Positions 35,333-45,737 of a stretch of DNA of 60,482 nt are shown piece by piece. The position numbers were made by a program, and so were the translations under genes. The notes below the pieces were generated by a model that saw only the letters and a list, made by a program, of their open reading frames with translations, did not search any database and was not told the DNA's origin. Each line of letters opens with the position of its first letter. The first letter of the stretch is position 1. Origin of the DNA: an uncultured Planctomycetia bacterium. Its GTDB lineage: Bacteria; Omnitrophota; Gorgyraeia; Tantalellales; Tantalellaceae. The stretch lies in contig CAYWDJ010000001.1 of assembly GCA_964457005.1 (NCBI GenBank), forward strand, positions 1 to 60,482. Reading direction: 5' to 3'.

Positions 35333-37435
35333 CTATTTTAAAGATACGCCTGAAGATCTAAAGTGAATATCTCTCTGCGGAAATGCTATTGTTATCCCTT
35401 TTTCCTTAAAAATTCTGTTTATACTAAAATGTAATTCGCTTTTTATCGTAAACCTGTTGTTAGGCTCATTGGTCCAGAAATACAATTTGAAATTCAGAGA
35501 GCTGTCACCGAACTCCTCGAACCATACATAGGATTCTGGTCTTCTCAATACTTTTAGATGTTTATCGGCAACCTCAAGCAAACACGCTTTTACCAGTTCA
35601 ACATCAGATCCATATGCAACTCCGACCTTGACGTGGACACGGGTTATTTTGTCGCTATAGCTCCAGTTGACGACACGCTGTGTCATAAACTCTGAGTTAG
35701 GTACGATAACGGAAATATTGTCAAAGGTGTCGACAATAGTACTGCGAGCCTTTATGGCTTTTACCCTGCCCGGCAGCTCTCCCACTTCAACATAATCTCC
35801 GATCTTTACCGGGCGCTCTATAAGCATTACTATTCCGCTTATAAAGTTTTTTGCTATATCTTGAAGTCCTAACCCTATGGCTATACCCAGAGTTCCGGCA
35901 AAGACAGTAAGCGCCGCCAGGTCAACTCCCAGAACGGATAAGACTATAAAAATCCCCACTATTACCATTGAATATTTTATTGATACTGAAAAAGTATACT
36001 GAACATCCTCGTCAATATGTAATTTAGGGTAAACATTCTTTTTCAAAACCACATCAAGCAGACGAGCCCCGACAATGGCTACCCATAGTATAACTACAAC
36101 TTTGAATATAACAGCTATGGAGACACTTACTTTCCCCAGAGTAAAGAATGGTTTTTGTACGGCCTCAAGAATAAAGCTAATGGTCTCCTGTTTCACTCCC
36201 GAAATCTCGGCCACAATAAAGATCCCAAGCAGGAAAAGCGCCCAACCGAAAAAAGTGGCAAATACTCCGATAAAAGGATGTGATGATGGTTGTTCCGGGG
36301 ATGCGGCTTTCATTGCAGCAAATACCTTCCGTACTCCCAGCATAACGATACGATAAGCAACAAATAAAGCCAATATGGTCACAACTACTACAAACACCCT
36401 CAACCCGAGATAGACACTAAGCTGGTGATATCCCAAAAAAGCGGTGCAAAAATAGGCCAACAAGAACAGCCCGCCGCCTATGAGCCCCATCCGCATGCTC
36501 TTAAGCAACATTCGACGGGCACCAGAGATGTCACCTTTCCCGCAAGATCTCGTCATTCTCTTCAAGACAATAAACAGCGAAAGGAGAGACAATAACAGTA
36601 ACAACATAAACATGCCGTCTCCCAGACCCAAGGTATACGGTTTAGCCGGAGCAAAAAGCCTGCGTTGGAGTACATCCAGACGCTTGGTGCTTAACAGTGA
36701 AAGATAATCCCTTACCAGCTCTATCTGAACATCCAAAAAATTTATTCTCTCCTTCACTGAAAAAAGTTCAGAGTTGATAAACACCAGTTCATCCTCATTG
36801 ATCTTAATAGTCTCCAGAATCTCACCATTAGTCCCTTCTTTGAGAGAAGCCAGGCTCTTCTGAGCAGCGATCTCAGCCTGGGTGGCTTTTAATTCAAGGT
36901 TTATCACGGGTATTTTCTTTTGCAGGAAGATCTTTTTCTTCTCCAACTTAAGGAGAGAACTCTGCACCGCCTTTTCCTCATTCCTCAACTCTATTAAAGA
37001 AATATCTTTGTTGCCAAGCATCTGAACTTTCCGTTCGATTAGAGCTACAGTCTGTTCATATGTCTGTATTTTCTGTTTTATTGCCAGCTCTTTAGCAGTA
37101 AGAGTAGCTTCCTTCTGCCCCAGAGCATGGATCTTTTCCTGAGTGACCACATCTCCGGCAATAACGACTTCTTTACCTGTCCCGCTTTTAGCCCCTATCT
37201 CGACTTTTTCCTTTTCTACAGCTTCCTTTTCCTTATCCAGGTTTTGGACTTCCCGGGTGAGCTGTTCTTTCCCATCTTTTGCCGTCTTGATATTTGAGAG
37301 CACCTTTTCTTCCGGGTTTATCTCCGCGCTTTCCACGGTGGCGTGTTCAGACTGCGCCTTGGGCTCTTCCGCCCCGACAATTGTAAAGCTGGAACAGATA
37401 AATATAACGCTTAGCAGCATAATAGTTTTTTTCAT
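35333..37435 (-). CDS. MscS/MscK-family mechanosensitive channel with a long N-terminal coiled-coil periplasmic domain
   Basis: Signal peptide, ~270-aa Glu/Lys/Gln-rich coiled coil and multiple TM segments. MscS core: GLQDIAKNFISGIVMLIERPVKIGDYVEVGELPGRVKAIKARSTIV. Confidence 0.9.
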   Translation of the reverse strand: MKKTIMLLSVIFICSSFTIVGAEEPKAQSEHATVESAEINPEEKVLSNIKTAKDGKEQLTREVQNLDKEKEAVEKEKVEIGAKSGTGKEVVIAGDVVTQEKIHALGQKEATLTAKELAIKQKIQTYEQTVALIERKVQMLGNKDISLIELRNEEKAVQSSLLKLEKKKIFLQKKIPVINLELKATQAEIAAQKSLASLKEGTNGEILETIKINEDELVFINSELFSVKERINFLDVQIELVRDYLSLLSTKRLDVLQRRLFAPAKPYTLGLGDGMFMLLLLLSLLSLFIVLKRMTRSCGKGDISGARRMLLKSMRMGLIGGGLFLLAYFCTAFLGYHQLSVYLGLRVFVVVVTILALFVAYRIVMLGVRKVFAAMKAASPEQPSSHPFIGVFATFFGWALFLLGIFIVAEISGVKQETISFILEAVQKPFFTLGKVSVSIAVIFKVVVILWVAIVGARLLDVVLKKNVYPKLHIDEDVQYTFSVSIKYSMVIVGIFIVLSVLGVDLAALTVFAGTLGIAIGLGLQDIAKNFISGIVMLIERPVKIGDYVEVGELPGRVKAIKARSTIVDTFDNISVIVPNSEFMTQRVVNWSYSDKITRVHVKVGVAYGSDVELVKACLLEVADKHLKVLRRPESYVWFEEFGDSSLNFKLYFWTNEPNNRFTIKSELHFSINRIFKEKGITIAFPQRDIHFRSSGVSLK

Positions 37436-37453
37436 AACATTCCCTTTATTCGT

Positions 37454-38518
37454 TTAGAACCATTTTTTCTTCTTAAAGAAAATTATCAGGACCCCCGCAA
37501 CAACGGCCATAAAGCCCAAGACCGAAAAGTATCCCCAGTGCCACTCAAGTTCGGGCATATACTTAAAGTTCATGCCATATATCCCAGCGATAAAAGTAAG
37601 CGGGATAAAAATGGCAGCAAATATCGTCAGGACCTTCATTACTTCGTTCATCCTGTTACTTAAGCTGGAAAGATACATATCCAGCATCCCGGATATCATA
37701 TCCCTGGATGTCTCAATAGTATCTATAACCTGTATAGTGTGTTCATACACATCCCTCAAATATATGACCGTGGTCTGATCTACAAGAGCCGCATCCCCTC
37801 TTGCAAGCGCGTTAATGGCCTCTCTCAAGGGCCAGACGAACTTACGAAAAAATATAATATCCCTTTTTACGCCGTATATGTTCTGTAATATTTTTGGATC
37901 AGCCTTCTTTACCAGTTTTTTCTCCATATCCTCTATTTTTTCGCCAATGGACTCCAATATTACAAAATAGTTATCGACCACGGCATCAATAAGGGAATAT
38001 GCCAGATAATCGGACCTCATTTTTCTTATACGGCCTTTAGCCTTCCGTATACGTTCCCTCACATTTTCAAAGACATCTCCCTCCTGTTCCTGAAATGAGA
38101 TGACAAAATTCTTCCCTACGATCAAACTTACCTGCTCTGCGGTAATATCATGAGACTTATGTTCTTTGTAGAGCATCTTCAAAACAACGAAAATATAATC
38201 CTCGAAATCATCAAATTTGGGTCGCTGACCCGTGTTAACGATATCTTCAAGCACCAGAGGATGTATGTTAAATGCTTTTCCCAGATCGGAGACAAGATCA
38301 ACATCATGCACCCCGTCTATGTTTATCCATGTCACGCCTTTTTCATTTACCGAGTCTATACACTCTTGTGCGCTCCGGGCGATTTTCTCCCTAAAATCCG
38401 ATTCATCATAATTGATTATAGTTATCTTTACTTTCTCTGTCTTACTCTCACCTATGTGCACAAGAGTACCCGGAACAGTTCCGGCTTTCTTGGATATCTC
38501 CTTGATCAGCCTCGACAT
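37454..38518 (-). CDS. corA: Magnesium/cobalt transporter CorA
   Basis: 354 aa with two C-terminal TM helices and the signature GIYGMNFKYMPEL. Confidence 0.9.
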   Translation of the reverse strand: MSRLIKEISKKAGTVPGTLVHIGESKTEKVKITIINYDESDFREKIARSAQECIDSVNEKGVTWINIDGVHDVDLVSDLGKAFNIHPLVLEDIVNTGQRPKFDDFEDYIFVVLKMLYKEHKSHDITAEQVSLIVGKNFVISFQEQEGDVFENVRERIRKAKGRIRKMRSDYLAYSLIDAVVDNYFVILESIGEKIEDMEKKLVKKADPKILQNIYGVKRDIIFFRKFVWPLREAINALARGDAALVDQTTVIYLRDVYEHTIQVIDTIETSRDMISGMLDMYLSSLSNRMNEVMKVLTIFAAIFIPLTFIAGIYGMNFKYMPELEWHWGYFSVLGFMAVVAGVLIIFFKKKKWF

Positions 38519-38595
38519 ACCGCCTCCCTTTGAATCATAAAAACAATATCATTTAGTTCCGCAAGTTTCCTTCACCCATATTTTAGCATACCTGA

Positions 38596-38632
38596 AAACG
38601 GTATAGGAAGAATTTATCATTTTCCTTATACC
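38596..38632 (-). terminator. Probable terminator after the lipase-like gene
   Basis: Minus-strand hairpin GGTATA(A)GGAA...TTCCTATACC followed by GTTTTC (a short U-run), 16 nt after the stop at 38648. Confidence 0.45.
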
Positions 38633-38647
38633 GGCCCCATTTGTAGC

Positions 38648-40093
38648 TCATCTTGGATGTTCCAGCAAATAATAAAGGATATTATCCGAAAAATGCGGGT
38701 CTTCCGTTATCCCTACATGATCACTGAAAATAAACATCACCTGTGACCACTTTATCGGCGAAACAAGCCTGGGAGACCATTTTCCGCCTATCCTTTCATC
38801 CATTAAAGCACTTGACCTTAAAACCGTCCCGTCACCAGGAGCCTTCCGGATCACTTCGACAGATCCATCTTTCCTGTTTACCCCAACTACGGCGTCTGTC
38901 TGAATGGCATCCCCGGTAAAAAGGGCGAAAGAAACACTACTAGGAGGATCAGCGGGAACATCAAGCGCTTCCCAGAACCGTTTTGCCCTATTAAGGCATT
39001 TTCTCTGATGGTCAAGAGCTATCCTGCGTCTCTCTTCAGCACTGTCGACCTCAGGCAATAAAGTTTTCAACACCTTTTCTTGTCCCGGAGAAGCTAACCC
39101 CCATTTCATATCTTCCCACAGATCCGGATCATAAATATCAAGAGGCTCCCCGTTAGGAGTATCCTTATCCATCAGCGCTCTGTGCTTTGGATGAGGCATC
39201 AGTTCATACATTGACGGCATAGTGCCCAGAATAGCCGGTGGATATTTTGGCATTAACGGACTATTCAACCCTTCTAAAAGGCTTTTAAACGCTGATATGG
39301 ATCCCGCGTTCGGGGTGCTTACCATAATAAGTTTGTCAATATGCTTTGCCCCTGCCCAGTTTGTTTTTGGCAGAGTACCGTCTTTCGGCAGGTCTTGTGT
39401 GCCATATCTAAAGTAATACCTGCTTATCAGCCCGCCCATAGAATGGGCGACGATATCAAATTTCACATTATAATCTTTTATCCCGAACCTTTTTTCTATC
39501 TCCTTCTGGACATATATTCTGTGTTCTTCAATGAAATCCTCCAGCAATTTAGCGTTTTCCACTATATCTCTCCGCCAATCATAATCGAACTGAAAGGAGG
39601 TAAAATGTCCTTCCGGATATTGAACCGTTCCTGACTTTCCCAGATCTTCGTCCCGGTACCCCCCCACTCCAAGGATCTTAAGAATATTAAGATAAGCGTT
39701 AAGACGTATCGGTATAAGTAAAAAATTCAGGTCCAACCGGGCCAGGGCTCCGCTGGGAACAACGGTGTCTTTCAAGTCCTTCAGGGGGACGCCCTCCTGC
39801 ATCGGGAGAGCAGCGAGACGGGCGCCTTTCTTTGTGCCCGGATCCGCATATTTCCCGGAGAATGCACCCCATACGAGAGTGCCCGTTTCTGAATCCTTTA
39901 ATCTTGACCCCAAAAGTCCCGGGATAACGATAACCGGATTCCTCTGAGGCTTATCATATCCATTCTTTATCTCATATGTCCCTACACTCCTTGTGTACAA
40001 TACATCCAGGTCCGCTGACTTAGGCGCGGCCGTGCACTCCGTGGAAACGATCAAAAATATAGACATCACGGCTATATTAATTATTCTGCGCAT
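38648..40093 (-). CDS. Exported alpha/beta-hydrolase, lipase/LCAT-like
   Basis: Signal peptide. Nucleophile elbow DIVAHSMGGLISRYYF (GxSxG), a late GDGTV motif (Asp of the triad region), 481 aa. Confidence 0.6.
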   Translation of the reverse strand: MRRIINIAVMSIFLIVSTECTAAPKSADLDVLYTRSVGTYEIKNGYDKPQRNPVIVIPGLLGSRLKDSETGTLVWGAFSGKYADPGTKKGARLAALPMQEGVPLKDLKDTVVPSGALARLDLNFLLIPIRLNAYLNILKILGVGGYRDEDLGKSGTVQYPEGHFTSFQFDYDWRRDIVENAKLLEDFIEEHRIYVQKEIEKRFGIKDYNVKFDIVAHSMGGLISRYYFRYGTQDLPKDGTLPKTNWAGAKHIDKLIMVSTPNAGSISAFKSLLEGLNSPLMPKYPPAILGTMPSMYELMPHPKHRALMDKDTPNGEPLDIYDPDLWEDMKWGLASPGQEKVLKTLLPEVDSAEERRRIALDHQRKCLNRAKRFWEALDVPADPPSSVSFALFTGDAIQTDAVVGVNRKDGSVEVIRKAPGDGTVLRSSALMDERIGGKWSPRLVSPIKWSQVMFIFSDHVGITEDPHFSDNILYYLLEHPR

Positions 40094-40114
40094 TACTTCA
40101 TACTCCTTTGCTCT

Positions 40115-41080
40115 TTAAAAAGAACATACTAACGATGACATTAAACGCATATCATTCTTTTTCGTTTCTTCATCCTTAGGCTGTGAATTGTAGTCATCGA
40201 TCAGGCTGAAACGTATTGCCAGCAGGCTTGTAAGCTCTCCCGTTACAGCAGTTTCGGATCGGAACCTGTAATCGCTAAAATCCCTCAACGCAGGATAATA
40301 ATAAAAATCCTGCGAGACCACCAGCCTCTCAAGGATCCTTTTCTCGAAATACACCCTTGGAACCAGAACAGCCTCATCGCTATCCTTTGCGTCGTCTCTA
40401 TAATCCGTATGTTCCCAGCCTACACCGATCTCAGCTAAAAGTTTAATGTCGTCAAGATCAAAAAAATAATACCCCACTCCAGCGGCGGGTAAAAACCTGT
40501 AATTAATGTTCGCGAACCTGTCATGGTCTATTTCAGCGCTGTAAAAGTTATACCATTTCTTATCAGCTCCGAAATTGAAAGCGTATCTGCCTAATCCATA
40601 CCATTTTTCCGCATCCATCTTTTTGTCAGCCTCTGAATAATATAAGTTCCCTTTAACCGTGGTTTCATTAACATGTTTATGTTTCCTGTTTACAATAAAA
40701 TCACCCGAAAACTCCCCGGTTTCCGTATTTCCTCTGGATGTGTTATATCCTAGAGCTACCTCTCTTTTCCAGATCACTTCAGAAGCCTTCTCGCCTTCAT
40801 TCTCGCCATCTTTTCTATCTTCCACTATCCTTTCGACCGATGCTTTATTAATACTCACAGTACCCATGGTCTCGGTTACCAGAACAACCGCGCTATCCGT
40901 ATTGCTCGATATTGTCCCCGTGACCTTGTCCCCGTTCTTTAGATAGACCTCATCAGCCTGAACATTAAAACAGAATAAGACTGTCAGAAAGCAAGCAATG
41001 CTCAGGGCGCGCATGACGCTATGATTATTATATGAACAATTTTTAGATGTGATACTCATCTTTATTTTTCTGAAAAACAT
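40115..41080 (-). CDS. DUF481-family outer-membrane protein (YdiY-like)
   Basis: Signal sequence MRALSIACFLTVLFCFNVQA. DUF481-type Tyr/Asp/Asn-rich beta strands (WYGLGRYAFNFG, FYSAEIDHDRFANINYRF). C-terminal Phe. The start overlaps the upstream stop (TAATG). Confidence 0.65.
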   Translation of the reverse strand: MFFRKIKMSITSKNCSYNNHSVMRALSIACFLTVLFCFNVQADEVYLKNGDKVTGTISSNTDSAVVLVTETMGTVSINKASVERIVEDRKDGENEGEKASEVIWKREVALGYNTSRGNTETGEFSGDFIVNRKHKHVNETTVKGNLYYSEADKKMDAEKWYGLGRYAFNFGADKKWYNFYSAEIDHDRFANINYRFLPAAGVGYYFFDLDDIKLLAEIGVGWEHTDYRDDAKDSDEAVLVPRVYFEKRILERLVVSQDFYYYPALRDFSDYRFRSETAVTGELTSLLAIRFSLIDDYNSQPKDEETKKNDMRLMSSLVCSF

Positions 41081-42591
41081 TACAGGACCTTCCTGACTGC
41101 CTGAGAGGCCTTTCTTCTCCCTTTTACTTTGACATACCTGAATGCCGTAAACGGAAAGTTTACCATCTGCCGCAGGCCTGCGACAGTTGTGAAGTTCTGG
41201 ATCTCTTTTCTTGTTTCAGTTACGAGTTCATTAAATACGATCTTCTCATCAACTTCTCCCACCTCTTTGACCAGGGACAATCGGTGCATAGCGTAAAGTC
41301 CGCAAAGGAAGGCAACCGCAAAAAAGAAATCCCATGACTGAAAATTTAGTGTTTCCACCGAAACAACTTTATCCAAACTGGCGAATTTCAATGTCCAAGA
41401 GACCTCATACTCTGAGACAAAATCAGCTAATCTACCGCCTAAAATAGGTGACATGCCCGCGGCCAATGAGTTTATGAAATTATTCACTGTCAGAAATGCT
41501 GTCGCTTTGCCTTTAGGCGCCAGTTTAAAGCCGATGTTCCCTGCCCCAAGATTTATACCGGCAGTGGACATCCCCAGAAACACATGTATAAGGATAACCA
41601 GAGGTATAGTGAACATATGCTTATAAGGAAGCGTAGTAAAAGTCCACGCCAATATTGTAAAAAGAAAAAGAGGCCCGCTTACGCGCAATACAGACTTATT
41701 GGAAAATCTGTCGGTAAACTTACCCCATATTTTCAGGAACACCAGATGTGTAACCTGGCTCACTACCGAAAGCCCGACAATAAAAGCCATTGAGAAATCC
41801 AGTCTTTTGATCATATATACCGTAAAAAACGGAGCCGCCAGATTTACCGCAAAGGTCCATGATCCGGAAAAGGCCATGAGCCTCCGAAAATTCTCATCCT
41901 TAAAAGGTATTAATAAAATACTAAGAAACCCTGTTTTCTTTTCAGGAACGGCCATCCGGGGTTCCGGAATGGTAGAAAGGAAATATACCCCTATGATCCC
42001 CGCTATAAAGCCGCACAGAAAAAGAATTGAGTACCCGGACATCTCCTGTTTCGGAAAATATTTCGTCCACTGATCAAGATATGCCGCGCAAACAAGGCTC
42101 AGCACTATGCCGAGAATAGTACCCATCCTCATTCTTTTCGAAAAAAACTGTCCGAGCCTGTCCTGCGGAAGAATATCCCGGAGCCAAGGATTCCAGGCGG
42201 TTCCGGATACAGCGCCAAACAAGGAATATAAGGCCATACCTATAATGAGTATTTTCACTCCTATAGCCGCGGGAAATACGAATGGGATAGCTGCTACCAG
42301 CAGCCAAAAGGACCTGCTTACAAGAGATGTTGAAACAACTATTACTTTTCTGTTTCTTAATTTCTCTACAAGGTAGATCGATGGGATCTGTATCAGGGCC
42401 ATAAGAGGCGCTATAGCGGCCAAGATCCCTATAGTGGAGTTTGACGCTCCCAGTTTTAGTGCATACGCTGTCAGAAAAACGCCGCCGGTGAAGGTTCCCA
42501 TCGCGGTTGAAGCCATGCCGTCCCATATTACGGCTTTCATCCCGCGCTGCACATCTTGTTCCGTTAAAGCATCTTTTGGTTTAAACCACAT
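41080..42591 (-). CDS. MFS transporter
   Basis: 503 aa with about 12 TM segments and basic inter-helix loops (EKLRNRK, FSKRMRMG). Confidence 0.75.
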   Translation of the reverse strand: MWFKPKDALTEQDVQRGMKAVIWDGMASTAMGTFTGGVFLTAYALKLGASNSTIGILAAIAPLMALIQIPSIYLVEKLRNRKVIVVSTSLVSRSFWLLVAAIPFVFPAAIGVKILIIGMALYSLFGAVSGTAWNPWLRDILPQDRLGQFFSKRMRMGTILGIVLSLVCAAYLDQWTKYFPKQEMSGYSILFLCGFIAGIIGVYFLSTIPEPRMAVPEKKTGFLSILLIPFKDENFRRLMAFSGSWTFAVNLAAPFFTVYMIKRLDFSMAFIVGLSVVSQVTHLVFLKIWGKFTDRFSNKSVLRVSGPLFLFTILAWTFTTLPYKHMFTIPLVILIHVFLGMSTAGINLGAGNIGFKLAPKGKATAFLTVNNFINSLAAGMSPILGGRLADFVSEYEVSWTLKFASLDKVVSVETLNFQSWDFFFAVAFLCGLYAMHRLSLVKEVGEVDEKIVFNELVTETRKEIQNFTTVAGLRQMVNFPFTAFRYVKVKGRRKASQAVRKVL

Positions 42592-42713
42592 CTATTCCTC
42601 CATTATCCACATTCCCCACGAAGCATCACAGGCAGTATTATACCCCATACTCATGTGAAAGTATATGAGAACTAAAATTTCGTATATTCTTTTAATAATT
42701 GGACTTGGGGTTT

Positions 42714-42914
42714 TTACCGGGACTCATCCCTTGGGATCTTACCGACCACAAATCCCACTATGAGCCCGATAAGCATTATTAACGGCAATAATACGATCTG
42801 TGACATACTTATATGCCAAAACAAAAAGCGCAAAGATACTACCTGCGTGTTTTGGAGGATAATTATTAAGAATAGCGTTATTAAGCTAACAACAATGCCT
42901 ATCTTAAGGTTCAT
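42714..42914 (-). CDS. LapA/DUF1049-like small membrane protein
   Basis: 66 aa with two TM helices and the QNTQVVSLRFLFW motif typical of the LapA domain. Confidence 0.55.
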   Translation of the reverse strand: MNLKIGIVVSLITLFLIIILQNTQVVSLRFLFWHISMSQIVLLPLIMLIGLIVGFVVGKIPRDESR

Positions 42915-43393
42915 AAGTCCTCCTCTTCTCCTTTACCATGCCCACTCTTTTTGTGTTTATAAATACCTTTCTGCAACAGCTTGCTTATCTTCTCCAACCA
43001 TTGCACCCAAGTAAGTATAAGTAATGTTATAAAACACATCACCAGGGCCATTCCGTAGTGATCCAGTCCTATCGAGGCTCCCATGCTGGCAAGCAGCCAT
43101 ACAACCGAGGCTGATGTAACACCCGTGACAAGATCGTTACGGTTCATTATCACGCCCGCCCCTAGAAAACCAACACCGGTAACTATCTGTCCCAGCACTC
43201 TGGAAGCACTATTCCCCGGATCAAGGCTGCGTGCAAGTGTCATAAAATACATCGTAGACAAACATATCAATATGCTCGTCCTGATACCGACGGGTTTTCC
43301 TTTTATCTGTCTTTCGAGGCCTATTACTGAACCGCAGATGACTGACACAAGTATTCTAATATAAAAAGAACCATCCATTACTTCACCAAACAT
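42911..43393 (-). CDS. mgtC: MgtC/SapB family membrane protein
   Basis: GSVIGLERQIKGKPVGIRTSILICL and GQIVTGVGFLGAGVIM signatures. ATGA overlap with the next gene. Confidence 0.8.
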   Translation of the reverse strand: MFGEVMDGSFYIRILVSVICGSVIGLERQIKGKPVGIRTSILICLSTMYFMTLARSLDPGNSASRVLGQIVTGVGFLGAGVIMNRNDLVTGVTSASVVWLLASMGASIGLDHYGMALVMCFITLLILTWVQWLEKISKLLQKGIYKHKKSGHGKGEEEDL

Positions 43394-43437
43394 ATATCAC
43401 TTCCTTCCTTGTTTAACTTACTACTTAAATATCGATC

Positions 43438-44460
43438 TTATCGTTGCAAAAGAAGATCGGGAGCATATCCCAACCCGCGTACTTTCCTGACTTCTTTGGC
43501 GCCTTTTAGACAGGTAGCATATCGTTTTGGCGGCGTTTTCTTGTCGCTGACAATGATTTTCATGGCATCAACCATGGAAGACGCCGTAAGCCGGACTATC
43601 CTGTCAGGAACGCCGTCCTTACTTTCTGAGCTTGCTTCCATATCGCACTGATCGTTCACATGATCGATCGACACAAATCTTTTACGGCCATCGACCTTAT
43701 CTATGGCTATCTCCGTCGAGAACCATGACATGCGGCTTAACGAAGCTATCTTGACTGTCATTTTCACAAGTTTACTAAGATCATATCGGGCAAACTCTGT
43801 TTCATTCACATGTTCATAGCGAGAGGTCCTGTCATCCCACCAGCAAGGTATTATTTTATCAAAAACATGAAAGATCCTGAACCAGGCTCTTTTCCCGTTC
43901 AGGTCCACCGGACAGATCTTCTCCTGCAAAAGAAAATTATCACCCCTGTCAAAGTCCCTGGCCCTGGCTATCTCTCTTATCGTACCTTTAGCGTCGTAAA
44001 GAACACCTCTGTGTCCCCACCCGCATCCGGGTTTTATGATAAAAGGTACACCCAGTTTCTGTTTTTCTTCCTCGGTCAATTTGAATGAGTTTGGTTCCCA
44101 ATTACGAACCACCACTGTATAGGGCGTTGTAACCCCTGCATGGACAAGTTCATAATACATTACGGATTTATCAACCGACATGCGCGTCCTGTCAGGATCA
44201 TTGATCACGACCCCTCCGGAATCCTTTACGGCATAGGCAAGCCTGGCATATAGATCCCCCTGTTCATCATAGGTAGCTTCCGTATCCAGGAGTACGTTTA
44301 TTCGCAGTTCATTGCACTCAAGTTTGCGGATAATATCCTGCACATTATCTATGGTGATCCACCGGAAAGAAAACCCTTTTCTTTTCAGGTCGGATTGGAG
44401 GATATCGGTAAAAAGACATTTGTCTTTATCCCAGCTTAAAGCGAAATTTATGGTCTTCAC
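43438..44460 (-). CDS. ATP-grasp-like ligase (RimK-like fold), function unknown
   Basis: Central VPFIIKPGCGWGHRGVLYD, then FLLQEKI and a late FVSIDHVND. This is the order expected for ATP-grasp P-loop, hinge and Mg sites. Confidence 0.5.
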   Translation of the reverse strand: MKTINFALSWDKDKCLFTDILQSDLKRKGFSFRWITIDNVQDIIRKLECNELRINVLLDTEATYDEQGDLYARLAYAVKDSGGVVINDPDRTRMSVDKSVMYYELVHAGVTTPYTVVVRNWEPNSFKLTEEEKQKLGVPFIIKPGCGWGHRGVLYDAKGTIREIARARDFDRGDNFLLQEKICPVDLNGKRAWFRIFHVFDKIIPCWWDDRTSRYEHVNETEFARYDLSKLVKMTVKIASLSRMSWFSTEIAIDKVDGRKRFVSIDHVNDQCDMEASSESKDGVPDRIVRLTASSMVDAMKIIVSDKKTPPKRYATCLKGAKEVRKVRGLGYAPDLLLQR

Positions 44461-44461
44461 G

Positions 44462-45733
44462 TCATGCTTTCCATTTTTCCCTGAGATATGGCTTCATTGA
44501 CTCATAAACCCTGGCTTGAGCTTCAACCACCCTCTCGGCGTCATAAGTTTCCATATCTTTGGTCTCCATGACAAAAGAAGCCACCCTGCCGAAGTATAAC
44601 GGAGTCATGGATTCAATTACTTTCTCCTTCGCCGGGTCACTAGATGCGTTATTAAAAGAAACCGCAAAATCGTATACGGTCTGCACCCACAGTTCAACGG
44701 GAAAATTAAAAACATCCTCTTTCGCCTCTGATATGTCACATACGGCCTGTAAATTTTCTGCCGGAAGAAAAGTTTTCCAAAAATCCTTATTTTCTTCTAC
44801 TCCGGACCTGAACTTTTGGATAAGCGTCTCAAAAGATACCTTGACCGGCTCAGGATATACTTCTGAGATGAAACCGTAATTAGCTGTGGGGCTGCTGGAA
44901 TCGACTTTTTCCCATACATCCTGGTAGTCTTTCATAAGCTTAAAAACAGTTCCCACCACTTGCTTGAACATTGGCCCCAAACTGCTTCCGGGATCTTTAG
45001 GGTCGTGTATCTTGGCTCCGAGAAATGCCTGGCATATTTTTGCTCCCTCGCTTATAGCGACCGTGGTCATCCATATATCTATACCGAAGCGAGCTACATC
45101 CGTACCCCAGACATCTTTGCTTAGATATTTTTTAACCAGGTCCCCGGATATACCGAAATCCCCGCCTATCGGCTGCCTGACCCTTTTCCCGTAAAGCGCG
45201 CGTGTCGAGGGATAAACTATCATATTAGTTATCGTACCGTCATATTTATGCCTGGAATACAACGGACAAACATAATCATACCCTCTTCGCAAGATCGGCC
45301 TTAGAAGCATTTCTACCCATTCCGGGGTCACAGCTCTCAGGTCCGCGTCCAAAAGCATACAGGCCTTTGCGTTCAAGCTGTCGGTTATCTCAAGTATCTC
45401 TCTTACCGCACTCCCTTTCCCGGGAATTCCGGAGTACATGGTAACGATGTTTGCCATAGGAGCTACGGGATTATCTATCATGACCATATCCATATTGGTA
45501 CAACCTCCGGACTCCTCCTTGACTTTTTCGCGCGTACGATCGGAAGACCCTCCGTCTGAGTTAACAAGGACGGGTTTCATGTTGGGAAAATATTTGGCAA
45601 GCCCGAATTCGGCAGCTTTGATAACATGGCCGATAGTCTTTTCATTGTTATAACTCGGTATGCCTATAACTATGTCGGCGGTTCCAATTTCTTTTATCTG
45701 TGAAAGTGTTTCAGCGCTCATTTTATTTTGCAC
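44462..45733 (-). CDS. GT-A fold family-2-like glycosyltransferase
   Basis: ADIVIGIPSYNNEKTIGHVI, NSDGGSSD, and the DxD motif in CMLLDADLR. 423 aa. Confidence 0.7.
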   Translation of the reverse strand: MQNKMSAETLSQIKEIGTADIVIGIPSYNNEKTIGHVIKAAEFGLAKYFPNMKPVLVNSDGGSSDRTREKVKEESGGCTNMDMVMIDNPVAPMANIVTMYSGIPGKGSAVREILEITDSLNAKACMLLDADLRAVTPEWVEMLLRPILRRGYDYVCPLYSRHKYDGTITNMIVYPSTRALYGKRVRQPIGGDFGISGDLVKKYLSKDVWGTDVARFGIDIWMTTVAISEGAKICQAFLGAKIHDPKDPGSSLGPMFKQVVGTVFKLMKDYQDVWEKVDSSSPTANYGFISEVYPEPVKVSFETLIQKFRSGVEENKDFWKTFLPAENLQAVCDISEAKEDVFNFPVELWVQTVYDFAVSFNNASSDPAKEKVIESMTPLYFGRVASFVMETKDMETYDAERVVEAQARVYESMKPYLREKWKA

Positions 45734-45737
45734 AATA

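Noticed and set aside
42074-42526. 150-aa minus-strand ORF nested in the MFS transporter gene
   Set aside because: It is an alternative frame of a well-supported 503-aa transporter ORF. It is Arg/Gly/Ser-rich frame-shadow sequence.
42695-42716. Half of a family-type terminator (gacttggggttttt) overlapping the lapA-like stop codon, on the plus strand
   Set aside because: Only one hairpin arm is present, and it is in the orientation opposite to the others with no core. It is too short to distinguish from chance.
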